NCBI GenBank assembly: GCA_012295275.1
Contig: CM022667.1
Coordinates: 62,001 to 126,000, forward strand
Direction: 5' to 3'
Source: Chrysomallon squamiferum
Lineage: Eukaryota; Animalia; Mollusca
Length of the DNA: 64,000 nucleotides
The position numbers were made by a program, and so were the translations under genes. The notes under the pieces are model-generated. The model did no database searches. It was not told the DNA's origin and saw only the letters and a list, made by a program, of their open reading frames with translations. Of this stretch, positions 15,979 through 30,894 are shown one piece after another; positions within the stretch are counted from its first letter, which is position 1; each line of letters starts with the position of its first letter.

Positions 15979-16265
15979 AAGAAAAAGAAGAAGTAGTTCA
16001 AATTATAGTAAGTAATAACTAAAAAAAAAAAAAAAGAAAAAAAAAAGAAAACCAGTTCACTGGAGTTGATCCAAAATAAAAATAAAACGTAATAAAGCTG
16101 TGTTTACCTGTGATTAAGAACTGGTAAATAAGTATATAGACACTGGAGTAATGATTTTCGTAATTTATGATAAGGGAGATAATTTATGAAGGTTACTTTG
16201 ACTATATACTTCAGATAATGTAGACCAATACTTATTAAAAAAAATACTGTAAGCCTTGTAGGGAA

Positions 16266-16304
<39 letters not shown>

Positions 16305-17798
16305 AAGAAGTATTAGTTGAAATTATAGTAGTAATTGTAGTAGTAGCAGAAGTAGCAGTAGCAGTAGTAGTAATAGTAACAGTAGCGATATAGTAATAGT
16401 GGTGTAATACTAATGGGATCAGCAGTAGTAGTAGAAGAAGAGATTGAAATTAGAGTTGTAATAGCAGTAGTAGTCGTTGTTTTCTGTTTATATAGTTTTA
16501 AACTGAATGTTGATTTTAAGAAAGCATTGTAGCGGTAGTGGTTGTTGTAATGGAAGTAGTAACAGTAGCAGTAGTAGCAGCAGCAGTAGCAGCAATCTCA
16601 CATACTGGCGTGGCATCTATAAATTTCAATTCATTTATTAAGCATTAATTTCTGAATCTGATGTCGTCTATCTCAGATTAACTTACCCAGTGCAAAGAAT
16701 GGAATGTGACCTACATACTGCACGAACTGACCAATGCTGAATGAACAGATAGCGTCTACAACGCCGTAAATGGCCATGACGTAGCCAACGTGGCCTACAC
16801 CCAACGGGCATGTAACGTAAGCCTGGAAAGAAAGAATGAACAAAAAATAAATAGGTTTTGCTTTGAACGGAGAACAATTATTATTTCTTTTATACAGCTT
16901 AAATATTTTTAATGTTTCAGTTTTATTCGAGACGTTCTCTTTTTTTTTTTTGAAAACAAGAATAAAAAAAAAAAAACGTAATCTTTAAACGAAATGAAAT
17001 GATGATAACGAAATAAAATAAATAAATAATGAAAAATGATAATAATAATAATAATAATAACAATAATAATAATAATGATGAGGATGATAATGAAACTGTT
17101 GATGATGATTACTACTTAAGTAATAATAATAACAAAAACGATGACAACAACAACATCAACAACAACAATAATAATAATAATAACAACAATAATGATAATG
17201 TTGATGATGATAACTACATTAGTAATAATAACAATAAACAACAACAACAACAACAACGAAAACAACAATAATAAATAAATAAATAAATAAATAAATAGCA
17301 TTACTCTTGTGAACGTCGCCGCAATAAAAGCCTGCTCCATGCCGCTGTACAAGGTGACTGGAATCAGCAACTTCTGCGACTTGCTGTCCCACACGTGCTT
17401 CGCGGTGGCCTTCAGCAGGTGCTGCACGTTCCCGCTCTGCGGATGAATTCTGTCTTCCACTTCGATCTGGTCCACGAACACAAGAACCAACGTGATAGCC
17501 ACGACAGCGGACACCGTGAAAATCCCGCATATACTGTAAATCTGTGGTTTAAAAATAGAATAAACTAAACGGATAAAAAATTACGAGTGTGTATAGCCAT
17601 CGATTTACGATCCATCGTTGTACTGCGTACGATTATATACGAATACGTGTATGTGTTTTAGTAATGAGTATGTTTTTATAATAATAATAATAATAAATGA
17701 AATTAACAGCTCTCTCTCTCTCTCCTCACACACACACACACACACACACGCACGCACACTCTCACACTCACACACTCACTCTATTTCGCATACTCGCA

Positions 17799-17880
<82 letters not shown>

Positions 17881-19061
17881 CTCACTTTTCTTTCTCTGGT
17901 ATTAAACTTTTGACTGTAATATGTAGTTGTAACCTTTCATCAATATTTTGGCCGTTTAGACGACGACACGTAAGCAAAGAATATCGTTCACCTCTAACCT
18001 TGTCATTATCGAGTTTTTCCTCAGCTCTGTATACCTGCGGACAATATTCTATGCCACAATGTCCCATCTTTACCACGGGCTCAAAATGACTTTCATTAGC
18101 TGGGTGATCATCTAAGAACTGTGACGTAATTAAATTTCCCCATATTTGACCTAAAAATTAAGATTTCCTTTTCAAAAATCTGTTATCTTTGATGATATAA
18201 AACTTCAGCGTAATTTTGTTTGAAATGAAAATATTTTTTTAGTTAAAACGAATTAGTGTTATGCATGAATTTGATCCTACTGTACTGCTGTTTAAACATT
18301 CATAATGTAAATTTTATTTTTTGTTGTTCCTGTAATTATTATTATTATTTTATTTTATTTTTTTTTCATTTTATTATTATTTTTTTATTATTTTTATTTT
18401 TTTATTTTAATTTTCATTTTTTTTTTTTTTTTTTTTGGTGTTGTTGTTGTGGCTGTATTTTCCTCTTTTTTTTCCCCCACATAGAACCAAATCACTGTCT
18501 GTTTCAAATGACTTTCAGAGCTGCAAACAAAAACTCTCACTTGTACGAAAAAACATGGAAAAAATTCCAAAGAACCGCTTTATAGACGTGTGTGTGTGAG
18601 TCCCCGTCATCTTGGAATGCATCACAGACATCCTCGTTAAGTAGTTGCACTGGGCTGCCCACAGTGGCGCCGCAGCCAGACCAACAAGGACCGAAGCCGG
18701 CGCCATGGTGGTCCACACAGCGTAGAAATTGGCCAGAGTGTACAGGAGAAAGCAGGACATGCCCACGGACATTGTCCACTTGCAGCCGATCCGGCTGATC
18801 ACGAAGTTTGGCAGGAATATGGCGGAGACGATAATGAAGCTGTACACGATCGCCAAGCTTCCGGATCCAACCGCTTGTTTCACGTGAAGACTCGACTGGA
18901 GGTTTGTCAGTGACTGGAACGAAGTGAACACGATAAGAAACCCGAAGCTTATCACAGCGACATTTTTGAAGATCTTAAATTTGCTGATTGGGACAATATA
19001 CGAATTCCGAATGCTTCAAGTGCATTTGCGAGTCTTCGGGTACTGGACTTCCGACAGACAT
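14939..19061 (-). CDS. UNC93A: UNC93A-like MFS membrane protein, copy A (most divergent; apparent frameshift near N-terminus)
   Basis: Exons 18541-19061, 17999-18150, 17305-17541, 16687-16822, 15722-15853, 14939-15135, with the same phases as the other copies. Motifs: KNVAVISFGFLIVFTSFQSLTNLQSSL, AAPLWAAQCNYLT, QIWGNLITS, GLGDAVLQTQLSALYG. The ATG at 19061 is out of frame with the conserved part (shift near 18990-19005). Confidence 0.88.
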
Positions 19062-20409
19062 CTCTGGAAATGATAAAGTTATCGTTATTTGTGTAATTCA
19101 CATAAAATTATAAATTCTCAAATAATTATATTTTATCTCAGTTTTTACTTCTGTCTGCCTTTTTTATGCAAAGTTGATTATATAGGTATTATTTCAGTTT
19201 ACTGGCGAAGGTGGGTTGTTTGTTTCTCTGTATATATCTGTTTGATTCTTTCTTTCTTTATCTTTCCTTATTGAACCACAAGATCAAAATCTCGTTATTT
19301 GACAACTACAACTGAATGTGTAGATAGTCGTATGCGTTCAGTGTTGATCAGAGTTTAAACAAAAAAAGTAAGTTGCATATATTAATATGCGTATTATAAA
19401 TAATGATTAGGTTTTTTTCAGTTACAGTAATTCCAATTAATGCTATGCACCTCACCTATAACGTCTTCCTTTCAGCTTTTAAAAGGAATAATGGAAGACC
19501 AAGCAAGAAACATGAATTGTGACATTTCTGGTAGCCCTTTACACCTTTATGACGTCACTGTGGATATGATGTGACGTAATGCCTGTAAACAATGCAGCTG
19601 TCCAGACACAGCACTCGAACGAGCTAAAAGAAAGCGTTCACGCTCGATATATTTTGAGGATATTATTAAACAACAACACTTGGAATACGGGTAAGCTCTA
19701 AATGGCAGAAAGTATAATTTTGTACCGACAGTAACTCCCCATTAAAAAAGTAATGGTCTCGCAAAGCAACTGAAATGAAATTCCACATGCTTCAAAAAAA
19801 TCTTATACATTTTCGAAAACAGGTTGTTTGGTTTTTGAAACATCTTATTTTCGTTACGATTTTTTTCTAGAAAATTTTACTTGGACGAAAATAACACTAG
19901 GGGAATAATGTTCGGCAAAGTACCAACTATGCCACGAAAATGTTCCCTTTGTGCGTTTCTAAGACTTTCGGCCAGTTAGTACAACGCAAAGATAGTCACT
20001 GGCGCGCAAGGCAGAAACATTTTAGTCGCATGGGTTTTTTTTTTTTTTTTACAGGGCCTCATTCTGGCATACCTACAACAGTGCATCTTCACTATGAAAC
20101 CTTTGTTGTCCAAGATTGTTTTTTCTTTGACGTGATATCTTTGGATCGCCAAATTTAGCGAGGTAGGTTCATTCTGCATAATGCACATATTAAAAATCTT
20201 TTGTATTTCAAGCTGGTTGAGGGTCATGTGATCATCCGATGTAAATTTGTTTTTTCTTCCATTCTAAGCAATGTATAAGTTACATTACCAGTTTTGTTGC
20301 TTCAAATATATTTACTTATTTATTTCCTTATAACGAAATTCGTTTATCTTGTAGACTGTACATTTACAACAATGATTAGGATATTTTTCGGAATTCTCGA
20401 CCCCTCCTG

Positions 20410-20454
<45 letters not shown>

Positions 20455-20641
20455 ACATTCCCGGAACCCACCCATCTTTTCTGTCCTCATCATCACACTA
20501 TTCTGATCAGATTAACGCTATTCTCAAGCATACAAAACAAATATAGAGAAAACAAATTTTATTTGCCATTTTAACAATGTATTTTATTACTTCTGTATGT
20601 TTGTGAGTGTTTGTGTGTGTTTGAGAGAGAGAGAGAGAGAG

Positions 20642-20680
<39 letters not shown>

Positions 20681-21172
20681 GTAGAAACTAAAATGAAACT
20701 ATAAAAACCCAAGCCTAAAAAAACATTTTCAAACTGAAAAAAAAAAAATATATATAAAAAATTATAATCTTTAAGATTACTTTCTGGAAATCACGGTGAA
20801 AGCATACAAACGACCTTGCACACAAACACACATACATACGTACACACAAATACATAAATATACATATAAATGCAACATTAGGGAATTAAAAGCAACAGTA
20901 CCGGCAAAAATGCTCAACACCTAGAGTTTATATTTTCCCTTTTTTTTACACATACAAATAACCTTTATACGTTTGTTTTATTAATGCAGTGGATGCAATC
21001 TTTGCTAATAATAAATTTTGACAATATTCAGTAAACTGAAATGAAACCATTTCAATAAAGAGAAAATTAAAAATAAGGACTAGAAAGAGAAATAAAGAAA
21101 AAGAAATTAAAATGAATTAAAAGGCTTTGAAACGAGTGTTTTAAAATTGTGATCGTCTGTATAATTATATTT

Positions 21173-21420
21173 TTATTTTATTTTTCCTCTTCTGTTTTCT
21201 GGGATAATGGTCAACCGTCGCTCTAACTTTTTCTGAAGAACTTCGACGATGCCGTAGCCGCACATTCCTACGATGAGGATAACCAAACAGACGTAAAGTT
21301 TGACATTTGCACAAAGATAGTCATTCAGGCTGAACATTATTACGAATCCTACCGATTCCCAAAGCCGATAGTTGGCGAACGCTGCTTCGGTGTTTTCCGT
21401 AAACAAGAATCCATAAAAGG
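21173..21420 (-). CDS. Extra UNC93A-type terminal exon (last TM helices plus tail); probable alternative last exon of copy B
   Basis: Acceptor ...tttacag at 21421-21422, same phase as other last exons. Open frame (A)FYGFLFTENTEAAFANYRLWESVGFVIMFSLNDYLCANVKLYVCLVILIVGMCGYGIVEVLQKKLERRLTIIPENRRGKIK*. No other UNC93 exons were seen between it and 24308. Confidence 0.85.
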
Positions 21421-21471
21421 CTGTAAAGAAAGAAGAAACAGAGAAAGCGTAATAATAATAATAATAATAAT

Positions 21472-21503
<32 letters not shown>

Positions 21504-21630
21504 AACAGTGTTGTATAAAAGAAGCTATTGGTAGAAAGAAAAATATTCGGGGAGTGGGTAATTTCTGAGATCTAAATATGACTTGTATTTAAAACTCAAT
21601 ATAATGTTGTCATCTTATTATTATTATTAT

Positions 21631-21671
<41 letters not shown>

Positions 21672-21917
21672 ACAATAACAATAGTAATAGTAGTAGTAGA
21701 AGTAGTAGTAGCAACAGTAGTAGGTATATTTGCTTGGAGAAACACATACTGGTACATATTAATTATTCTGTTCAGACTTTTAAAATGTTAACCGGGTAAT
21801 GTGTTATTTTAGTTAAATTACATACACATTTTATGTTTTATATAGTAATTAGGTAAGTTTCAGAAATAAACGAGATTACCTGCTATTTCGTGAGTTACCC
21901 AAACAAATAAGCTGACA

Positions 21918-21970
<53 letters not shown>

Positions 21971-21978
21971 TAGTGATG

Positions 21979-22021
<43 letters not shown>

Positions 22022-23173
22022 CAATGATAATAATATTGATGATAATGCCGATGATGATAACTATATTGGTAACAACAACAACAAAAACGACAACAATGAC
22101 AATAATGATAATAATAATATTGACAACACCAACAAAAACAGCAATAACAACAACAACAACAACACTAGATATTAAGATTATTATATTAAGCAGTTCTCTC
22201 AAGACACAGCTATGATGCAAAACCTCTTCCTTGACCACCATTGTCATAAAGATATATATATAGTGTATTAACTATCAGCTTTGAAATTTGTTTATCTTAA
22301 GATTTTCCTGCTGTCCATTTAGACACTGTAGTTAAATTATAACAATATATATATATATATTTATTTATTTATTTATTTATATATACACACACACACAGAC
22401 ACACACACACACATACATACACACATAAAACGAATCGTTTTACCTTGTTTTGTATGTTTAATCATTATATATGCACATACGCACATACGCACAAACGCAC
22501 AAACATACATACACAAAATCTTATACCTCAGACATTACATGTCTTACAGTTTAAAAATCATAAGACATTTAACAAATAACAGAAAAGACAAAAACATTTT
22601 TTTTTTTTTTTTAACAAAGCCGATATCTGAAAACCTAAATAGCACGTAAAACAGGGGCAACTGGCAAACATTATTCAAATCTCACACTCTTCGCATGTAA
22701 TGCGCGAACAAGCACGTGCAAACGAATTCACCGTGGATGCCACTGAATTGATACAAAGCTTATTTAAAGACGTGTCTATCGTTTGGATGCCCCCCCCCCA
22801 CTTTTTTGGTTTCCGGGAGATTCTGGTTACGTCGCTTCCAGAAAATCATCTTCAATTCAATTTCGGTTTCTTCCTAAAATCAAAGAACGGTTTTAAATAT
22901 ATTTTTATTCAGAAGATAAAGACGTAAGTGATAATGTGTCCGTGTGAAGTTAAAGAAATAGTACATATCAGTATACGTTTAATAAATGAAAAACAAGAAA
23001 AAACATGATATGTATGTATGTATGTATGTTTGTATTTATGTATTTATGTATGTATGTATGTATGTATGTATGTATGTATGTATGTATAAATGTATATATA
23101 TACGTTCGTAAGTATATACATGTATATGTGAATGAGTATGTGTGTGTATATGTGTGTATATAATGTATGTATA

Positions 23174-23209
<36 letters not shown>

Positions 23210-24307
23210 GTTTTAGGATTTTGAATATTCTCTGACTTATGTACGTCTGAATAGACTGCACATAGACAATATTCTGGAACGCACTGGCGCAGGAGGATGT
23301 ATGTATTATGTATGTATGTGTGTGTGTATGTATGTATGTACGTATAAAGGCGGATACGTTCGTAAGTGTATACATGTGTATATATACACACATATACACA
23401 TACACACTTACACTGACACACACACATACACTCACGTGTATATTGAGATTGCGCAAAGCTACAATTCCAAGTCATTGTTTTATTTTTTTTTATTTTTTTT
23501 ATTATTGTTAATTAAAATAATGTATGCCAGTTAAATATGATGCAATGAAGTTTCATATTTTATTGGTGTTCTTTATTATTAGCAAAGGTCATTTGCTGTT
23601 AAGAATCACTAAAAAGTATGTAAAATGTCTCCAGGCACTTCAAAATGCAAATTTTTACGATAGCAGAGAGACTGCTATCTGATTTAGCAAACGTAAAGAA
23701 ATGAAACACATAATAATGATGAGAAGCAGAAATATATAAATGTATTGTTATTATTCTTTTTTATTTTTTTTATTATATATTTATTTATTTATTTATTTAT
23801 TTATTTTTTTTTTTTTTTTTTTTTTTTGCAGCATCATGTGAGATCATTACAAAAGGGTAAAAACTGTCTATATCTGAAAATTTCACTGTTTGAAATTTGA
23901 ATTTAGAATAATCGACTATTAAAAATAATTTAAAATTTATTCTGGCTCAGTACTTTATCGGAGGTATTTACAATTATTATTTTTCAAGGTAATTTTTATT
24001 ACCTTCATTGTACGACAACAATTTGCAAAAGTAGAGACAAGCATGATATGTATTGTTATGTCTATGCTATATACAAGAAAACTAAATATGATACGATTAG
24101 CTATAAAAATACAGAAACTCTCAAATACTTTCCTACATGAGGGAAATATACATCAAATATTTCCGCTAGAAACAAAAAAAAAAAAAAAAAAAAAGTAAAA
24201 TAATGTTAATAATTAATCACTACAGTCATGAACCGTCTTCATTTAAATCGTTCCGCCAAAAGGAATTTGGGAATAAATTGTCTATTTTTTTATTTTTTTT
24301 TGTCCAA

Positions 24308-24564
24308 TCACATCTTAGTACTAGTTATTTCCTCTGATCTCCTTTTCCCTTGTCTATCCATCACCTCGACAACAGTGTATCCCATCATTCCTACGATCAG
24401 AAAGCCTATGCAGATGTACAATTTGGTGTTCGCGCACAGGAAGTCGTTATACGCAAAGACCATGACGAAACCAACAGACTCCCACAGACGATAATTGGCA
24501 AAACCTGCCTCGGTTTCGTTGATAAACAAGTAACCGTATAATGCTGAAAAGAAGAAGATCATTA

Positions 24565-24606
<42 letters not shown>

Positions 24607-24717
24607 ATTTACATTTTTATTTTATTAAGTAACTAATAATGATAATTTAATTAACTAGATAGAAAAATAAAAGTGAGTGATTTAATTTGGTAATATTTCT
24701 TTTCAACTTTATTCAAA

Positions 24718-24802
<85 letters not shown>

Positions 24803-24982
24803 CTCCTATTGTATCTAAATTACATATATATATATATATTATATATCATCAACATCAACATCGTCATCGTCATTGTCATCATCATCATCATCATTATCAT
24901 CATTATTATTATTGTTTATTAATATTATTATTACTAATGATAGTTTAATGATAATCATGATCATTATAGTCGTCGTGGTTGT

Positions 24983-25034
<52 letters not shown>

Positions 25035-25305
25035 AATTGCAGTGATTGCTGCAAGCAAAGAAAAAGCATTGGTTATCATGTGAAATGCAGATGACTAAAA
25101 TTATTTATAAAATTATTAAAATTACTTTTGATTTACTACAGTTTTAACAATTAAATACGAATAAAAATGTTTCTACATTAAAAAAATACTGACTTATTAA
25201 ATATGTACTAAATCATTGCTAAATGTAAAATAATGTAAAACAATTACATTAATGTACGTGATATATATGTTATGTCATTAAACGCAATTTGTTTCCACGT
25301 GGGCC

Positions 25306-25346
<41 letters not shown>

Positions 25347-25389
25347 ACACACATACATACAAACAAACATACACACATACATACATACA

Positions 25390-25423
<34 letters not shown>

Positions 25424-25655
25424 AATTACTTGGTTTTAATTATTAATACGTGAAATTTAACTATTAATGCTGTTTCAGTCACACATTTATCATTTTTATG
25501 ATAATTATAGAAAATGTTAAATAGTAACATTATAACATTATTTGTAAACGTTTCAGTCAAATTATACATACATACATACATACATACCCATGTTTATATA
25601 ATGCAACACAATGTTATCAAATTATTATTATATATATATATATATATATACTATA

Positions 25656-25694
<39 letters not shown>

Positions 25695-26094
25695 AATAAA
25701 GTTAAATTAATACTACCTTTAATGAAAGGTGTCATAAATGTATTACTCTTATATTTAATATGATGATGATTTTGACATTTGCTATTTAAGCTATAATGAA
25801 TCTCTTTGTATATGTGTGTGTGTGAGGTATTATTATAATCATATTATTAATACACGTAGTTAAACGCGTTAATGAAATACCATACTTACAATGTTAACCT
25901 CCTGTTCCACACAAAATTCATCTGACATCTTGCTAAGAAGTTGCAGCAGAACTAAATAAACTCGACAGGCCTCTAGCTAACGATGTTACAAGCAAGGCAA
26001 AGCACAGGGTTGTTTTTGCATTAAGCTGTAAATAAGTCAAACCTGTCTACTAAGGCCACCCCGGTTGTAAAAACCCACCACTGTACAGTTTAAG

Positions 26095-26160
<66 letters not shown>

Positions 26161-26239
26161 TATAAAATATAAATAGACTGATAGATATTTTGCTAGAGAG
26201 AAAGGTGGATCGATATATAGATAATAGAGAGACAGACAT

Positions 26240-26326
<87 letters not shown>

Positions 26327-27733
26327 CAGATAGGTAGGTACGTAAGTAGGTTGGTAGACAGGTAGGTAGAAAGGTGGGTACAGACAGACAAACAGATATC
26401 TGTTTAGATGCAAAAACAGAGATGGCCTTTGTTGAAGATTTGACTATACGTAGCTGCAGAAATATAAATAGATATAGATATTTTATCTACTGCATATAAT
26501 ATACTTAAATATTAATTGCTATGTTATCTGCTTTAAATCAAAGGTGTATTTTGAAACTTTGATCTCTCTTTCTCTCTTTCGATCTCTCAATAATGATACA
26601 GCCACTTTTCCTTAATCTTGATCTTCCCATGACAATATGCTATGTCGGGAACGTATTAAGTAAGTAAGATGACGTAAGCGAGGGGCGTCTTGACCTGACC
26701 CGGAAATGAACTTTCAAATTCATTATCAGGGCACGATCTTTTTAGTTCTCGTTTTTTTTAACAAAAATAAAATTTATAAAAATATACTCAGAATTTTTTT
26801 TTAGAAATTACTACTAATAATAATTTAAAAAAAAAAAAAAAATTCATGAAATTTATTCCTTTGGATGTATTATTATTATCATTATCATCATCATTATTAT
26901 CATTATCATTATCATTATTATAATCATCATCATTATCAATTTCATTATTGTTATCAAAATCATCATCTTCATCACTATTATTATTATTATTATTATTGAA
27001 ATACTTCATGGTTTGTTTTTTTTAAATCTGTGAACTGATAAACTTTATCTAGCAGTCATTTAAAACCACCAACATATATGTTACAAGATATTTAATACAC
27101 AAGAATAAAACAATAAACTAACTTACATAACACAACGTTACCGGTGTCCAGAGATTACTTTGTTTAATACAGACCTAAACTACACACGTGTCTACATTAA
27201 CAACAGAGGCAGAAGAAGATTATTATGCAATGGTTGGAACGGGACAAAAATAAATGAGATAAAGAAATATGATAATGGTTATTGCCTGCAAGCGTGTGCT
27301 TTTAAAACGGTGGAAATAGAGCTCTAAGATTAGAATTAAGCGAGGTTAGGAATAAATGGTATAATCTAGGCATATATAGGTGTGAGATAAGTCAATTATA
27401 TTAATGCAGTGACTAAGAAAAAGAAAAGAATGGCAGTGCCTAATCAAGTTAACATATACACGCACATACGCACACACGCACACACAAACACACACATATA
27501 GGCTTGCTACAGTATAGGCTAGAATTAAAAAAAACACGTATGATGTTAGTACCACCTGAGGACTCGACTTTATTTTTTTGAAAGATTACTTACCATTAAT
27601 CTGCGTCTGGATCACAGCATCCCCCATCCCCCACAGGGCGGACATGATGAAGAAGACGTAAAACTGGTCCGGTGTGGGTCCCCACAGCAGAAACACAATT
27701 TGACACGCCCCATGGACGAAAAACGCTGATAAA

Positions 27734-27764
<31 letters not shown>

Positions 27765-27871
27765 TCATGACGTTTTCTGAAGAATAATGCTGATGAAATA
27801 ATTTCAAAATAATTATACTGTTCAGCTCCCTGAACGAAAACATTGATATATATATATATATACTGATTTAA

Positions 27872-27905
<34 letters not shown>

Positions 27906-29954
27906 TTAAATAATAATAATAATAGTAAAAATTGACTTGTACAGATAAAGAGAAAGAATGCATTATTAATGTAGATTTAACAACAATAATTTTACCTTTT
28001 GCAAAATCATGTTTAAAAAATGAGAATAATTTCGTTTATATAAAATGAATTTAAAAAAAAAAAAAAAATGTTACATATGATTGAACAAATAAAATGAATT
28101 AATTCAATTAAGTACATGATATAAAACAGTGTAAATAATGTTTAGTGTTCGGGCTTCAAAGTTAGCGCTTTGAATTTCATTTCATTCTCATAAGAGGTCC
28201 CTAGCGCCGAGGTTAAGAATGAGTATCTCATACATTGTATTATATGGCTTTTACTGAAGTCCACTGTGTTCTTTGAATGTCACAAGAGGGCGCTGCTATT
28301 GCCAGACTGAGAATCTGAGATTATAACTACCAAAATCGGGGGAAACGAATTATAAGTTCTAAAAAGCGCCTCACCTAGAATAAAGAAAGGAATATGGCCG
28401 ACATATTGTACGAGCCTTCCAAATGTGAAAGAACAAAGAGCATCTACAACGCCGTACAGAATCATGATGTAGCCGACGTTCCATATACCGAGTGAACATG
28501 TCACGTAGGCCTGTATGAGAAGAAAAAAAAATGTATTTGTTATTTATTTATTTATTTATTTATTTATTCATTCATTTATACACGAAAGCATATAAATATA
28601 CATATATAAATATATACTCATACATATACAGACAAAAAAAACACACACACACAAAACACAAACACTTTCTATGTATGTATGTATGTATCATAGAGAGAGA
28701 GAGAAGCAGATAGAGTCATACAGACAGACAGACAGACAGATACAGATAGAGATATTAATTCATATACGTAGTGAAGGCTTCTGGAATTAACATTAAATCG
28801 TAATAAACTCAAAGCTCCTAAATTAGCTCTTATCCTAGCTAAGGCTCCCCAAACTAATAAAACTCTTAATTAGGGCTCCTGAAATTAATTCTTTTCCTAG
28901 CAAAGGTATATTGAAATTGACTTATACACAAGTACAAATACCCTGCAATTAACGAATACCCTAATTAAGTTTCTTCGGATTAATGTATACCCTCATTAAG
29001 ACTACTGAAATTAACGTATACCCTCATCAAGAGTACTGAAATTAACGTATACCCTAATCAAGACTATTAAAAATAACGTATACCCTAACTAAGACTACTG
29101 AAATTAACGTATACCCTAACTAAGACTACTGAAATTAACGTATACCCTAACTAAGACTACTGAAATTAACGTATACACTAACTAAGACTACTGAAATTAA
29201 CGTATACCCTAACTAAGACTACTGAAATTAACGTATACACGAACTAAGACTACTGAAATTAACGTATACACTAAGACTACTGAAATTAACGTATACACTA
29301 ACTAAGACTACTGAAATTAACGTATACCCTAATCAAGACTATTAAAAATAACGTATACCCTAACTAAGACTACTGAAATTAACGTATACCCTAACTAAGA
29401 CTGCTGAAATTAACGTATACCCTAACTAAGACTACTGAAATTAACTTACACCCTCATCAAGACTGCTGAAATTAACGTACACACACTAACTAAGGCTCTT
29501 GAAAATTAACGCATACAACATACCCTCGTGAAGGTTCCTGCGATGAACCCTTGCTCCACACCGCTGTAGATCGTCAGAGGTATGAGTAACTTCTGCGGCG
29601 TACTTTTGATCAGGTGTTTGAACGTGGCTATGAGCAGACGCGGCGAAACCGTTCTCTTGACGCCTTCCTCCTCCTTGTCCAGAACGATGCGGTCGAGGAA
29701 GACGCTGATGATGATGACGGCAAGAATGGCACAGCCCGTGTAGATGCCGCAGACAATGTAGACCTTAAATAAACGTATGTGTATATTGAAAAATCATCAT
29801 TAGAAGTGTGTGTGTGTGTAATATTAAATTTGGATATTGTGTTACAATGAAATATGATGACGTGTTTTTTAATGTTTAAACAGAAATTTGTTTGTGACTG
29901 TGTGAAACAAAAGTAATATATAAACATCTAGATTACAAACACACACAAACACAT

Positions 29955-29999
<45 letters not shown>

Positions 30000-30548
30000 A
30001 ACATACATACAAACATCTATTCAAACGTACATTGATACATACAAACGTACACATGCATACGTGCCTACATACATGCATACATACATATATACATACATAC
30101 ATACATACATATATATGCATACGTACGTATATATATTTATATATAATTATATTGCTGTTTTTTTACATAATTCAGCATGTGAAAAGCATTAACCTCTTTT
30201 TTTTTTTTTTTTTTTTTTTTTATACAAATAAACCGTCAAAAATAATATCATATCGTTTTAATGTATATTTAGACATAAATGTGTTTTGTTTTGTTGTTGT
30301 TATTGTATTTTTGGGGGAGGGAGGGGCGGTTGTTTGTTTATTTTGCATGACACACAGTTTAAATAAATAACGATAACTACGCATATCAGATTAGTTTATC
30401 CAACTACCAAAAAAAAAAAAAAAAAAAAAAAAATGGTTTTAGAAGTATTAATAATTACATGTTAAATACATTTTTAATTTTTTTTTTTCTTCTTTTACTT
30501 TTCACTGTGTAATTTCAATTAAAAAAAGATAAATAAATATATACATAA

Positions 30549-30580
<32 letters not shown>

Positions 30581-30857
30581 TATATTCAGCCTCGATTCGG
30601 AAAACCCGAAAATCCAGAAGCACGAGACACTTCCGGTTACCTACGCCTGGCTGTGTAAACGTCTGCTTATTTCGTACTTTACACGCACCTTGTTGTCCGT
30701 CGGTCTGAGCGTCTCGTTCTGTTTCTGAGGACAGTAGTGTGCGCCACACGTTTCCAATTCGATGTCTGATTTGTTAAGAAACTTCGTGGCATTTTCGGGA
30801 CGGCTGCTAAACACTTCAGAGGAAATGAGATTTCCCCAGATTTGACCTACGACACAG

Positions 30858-30894
<37 letters not shown>

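Noticed and set aside
22700-23298. Possible antisense plus-strand gene (75-aa ORF with GTAAGT at ~22924, and an exon-like block at ~23217-23298)
   Set aside because: No consistent spliced frame or recognisable homology could be built; it needs RNA evidence.
21876-23534. Long poly-I/Y/H/T ORFs here and elsewhere (e.g. 17029-17271, 26050-26413, 38065-38417)
   Set aside because: These are translations of (AAT)n, (TATG)n, (CA)n, (AG)n and (TA)n microsatellites, not genes.
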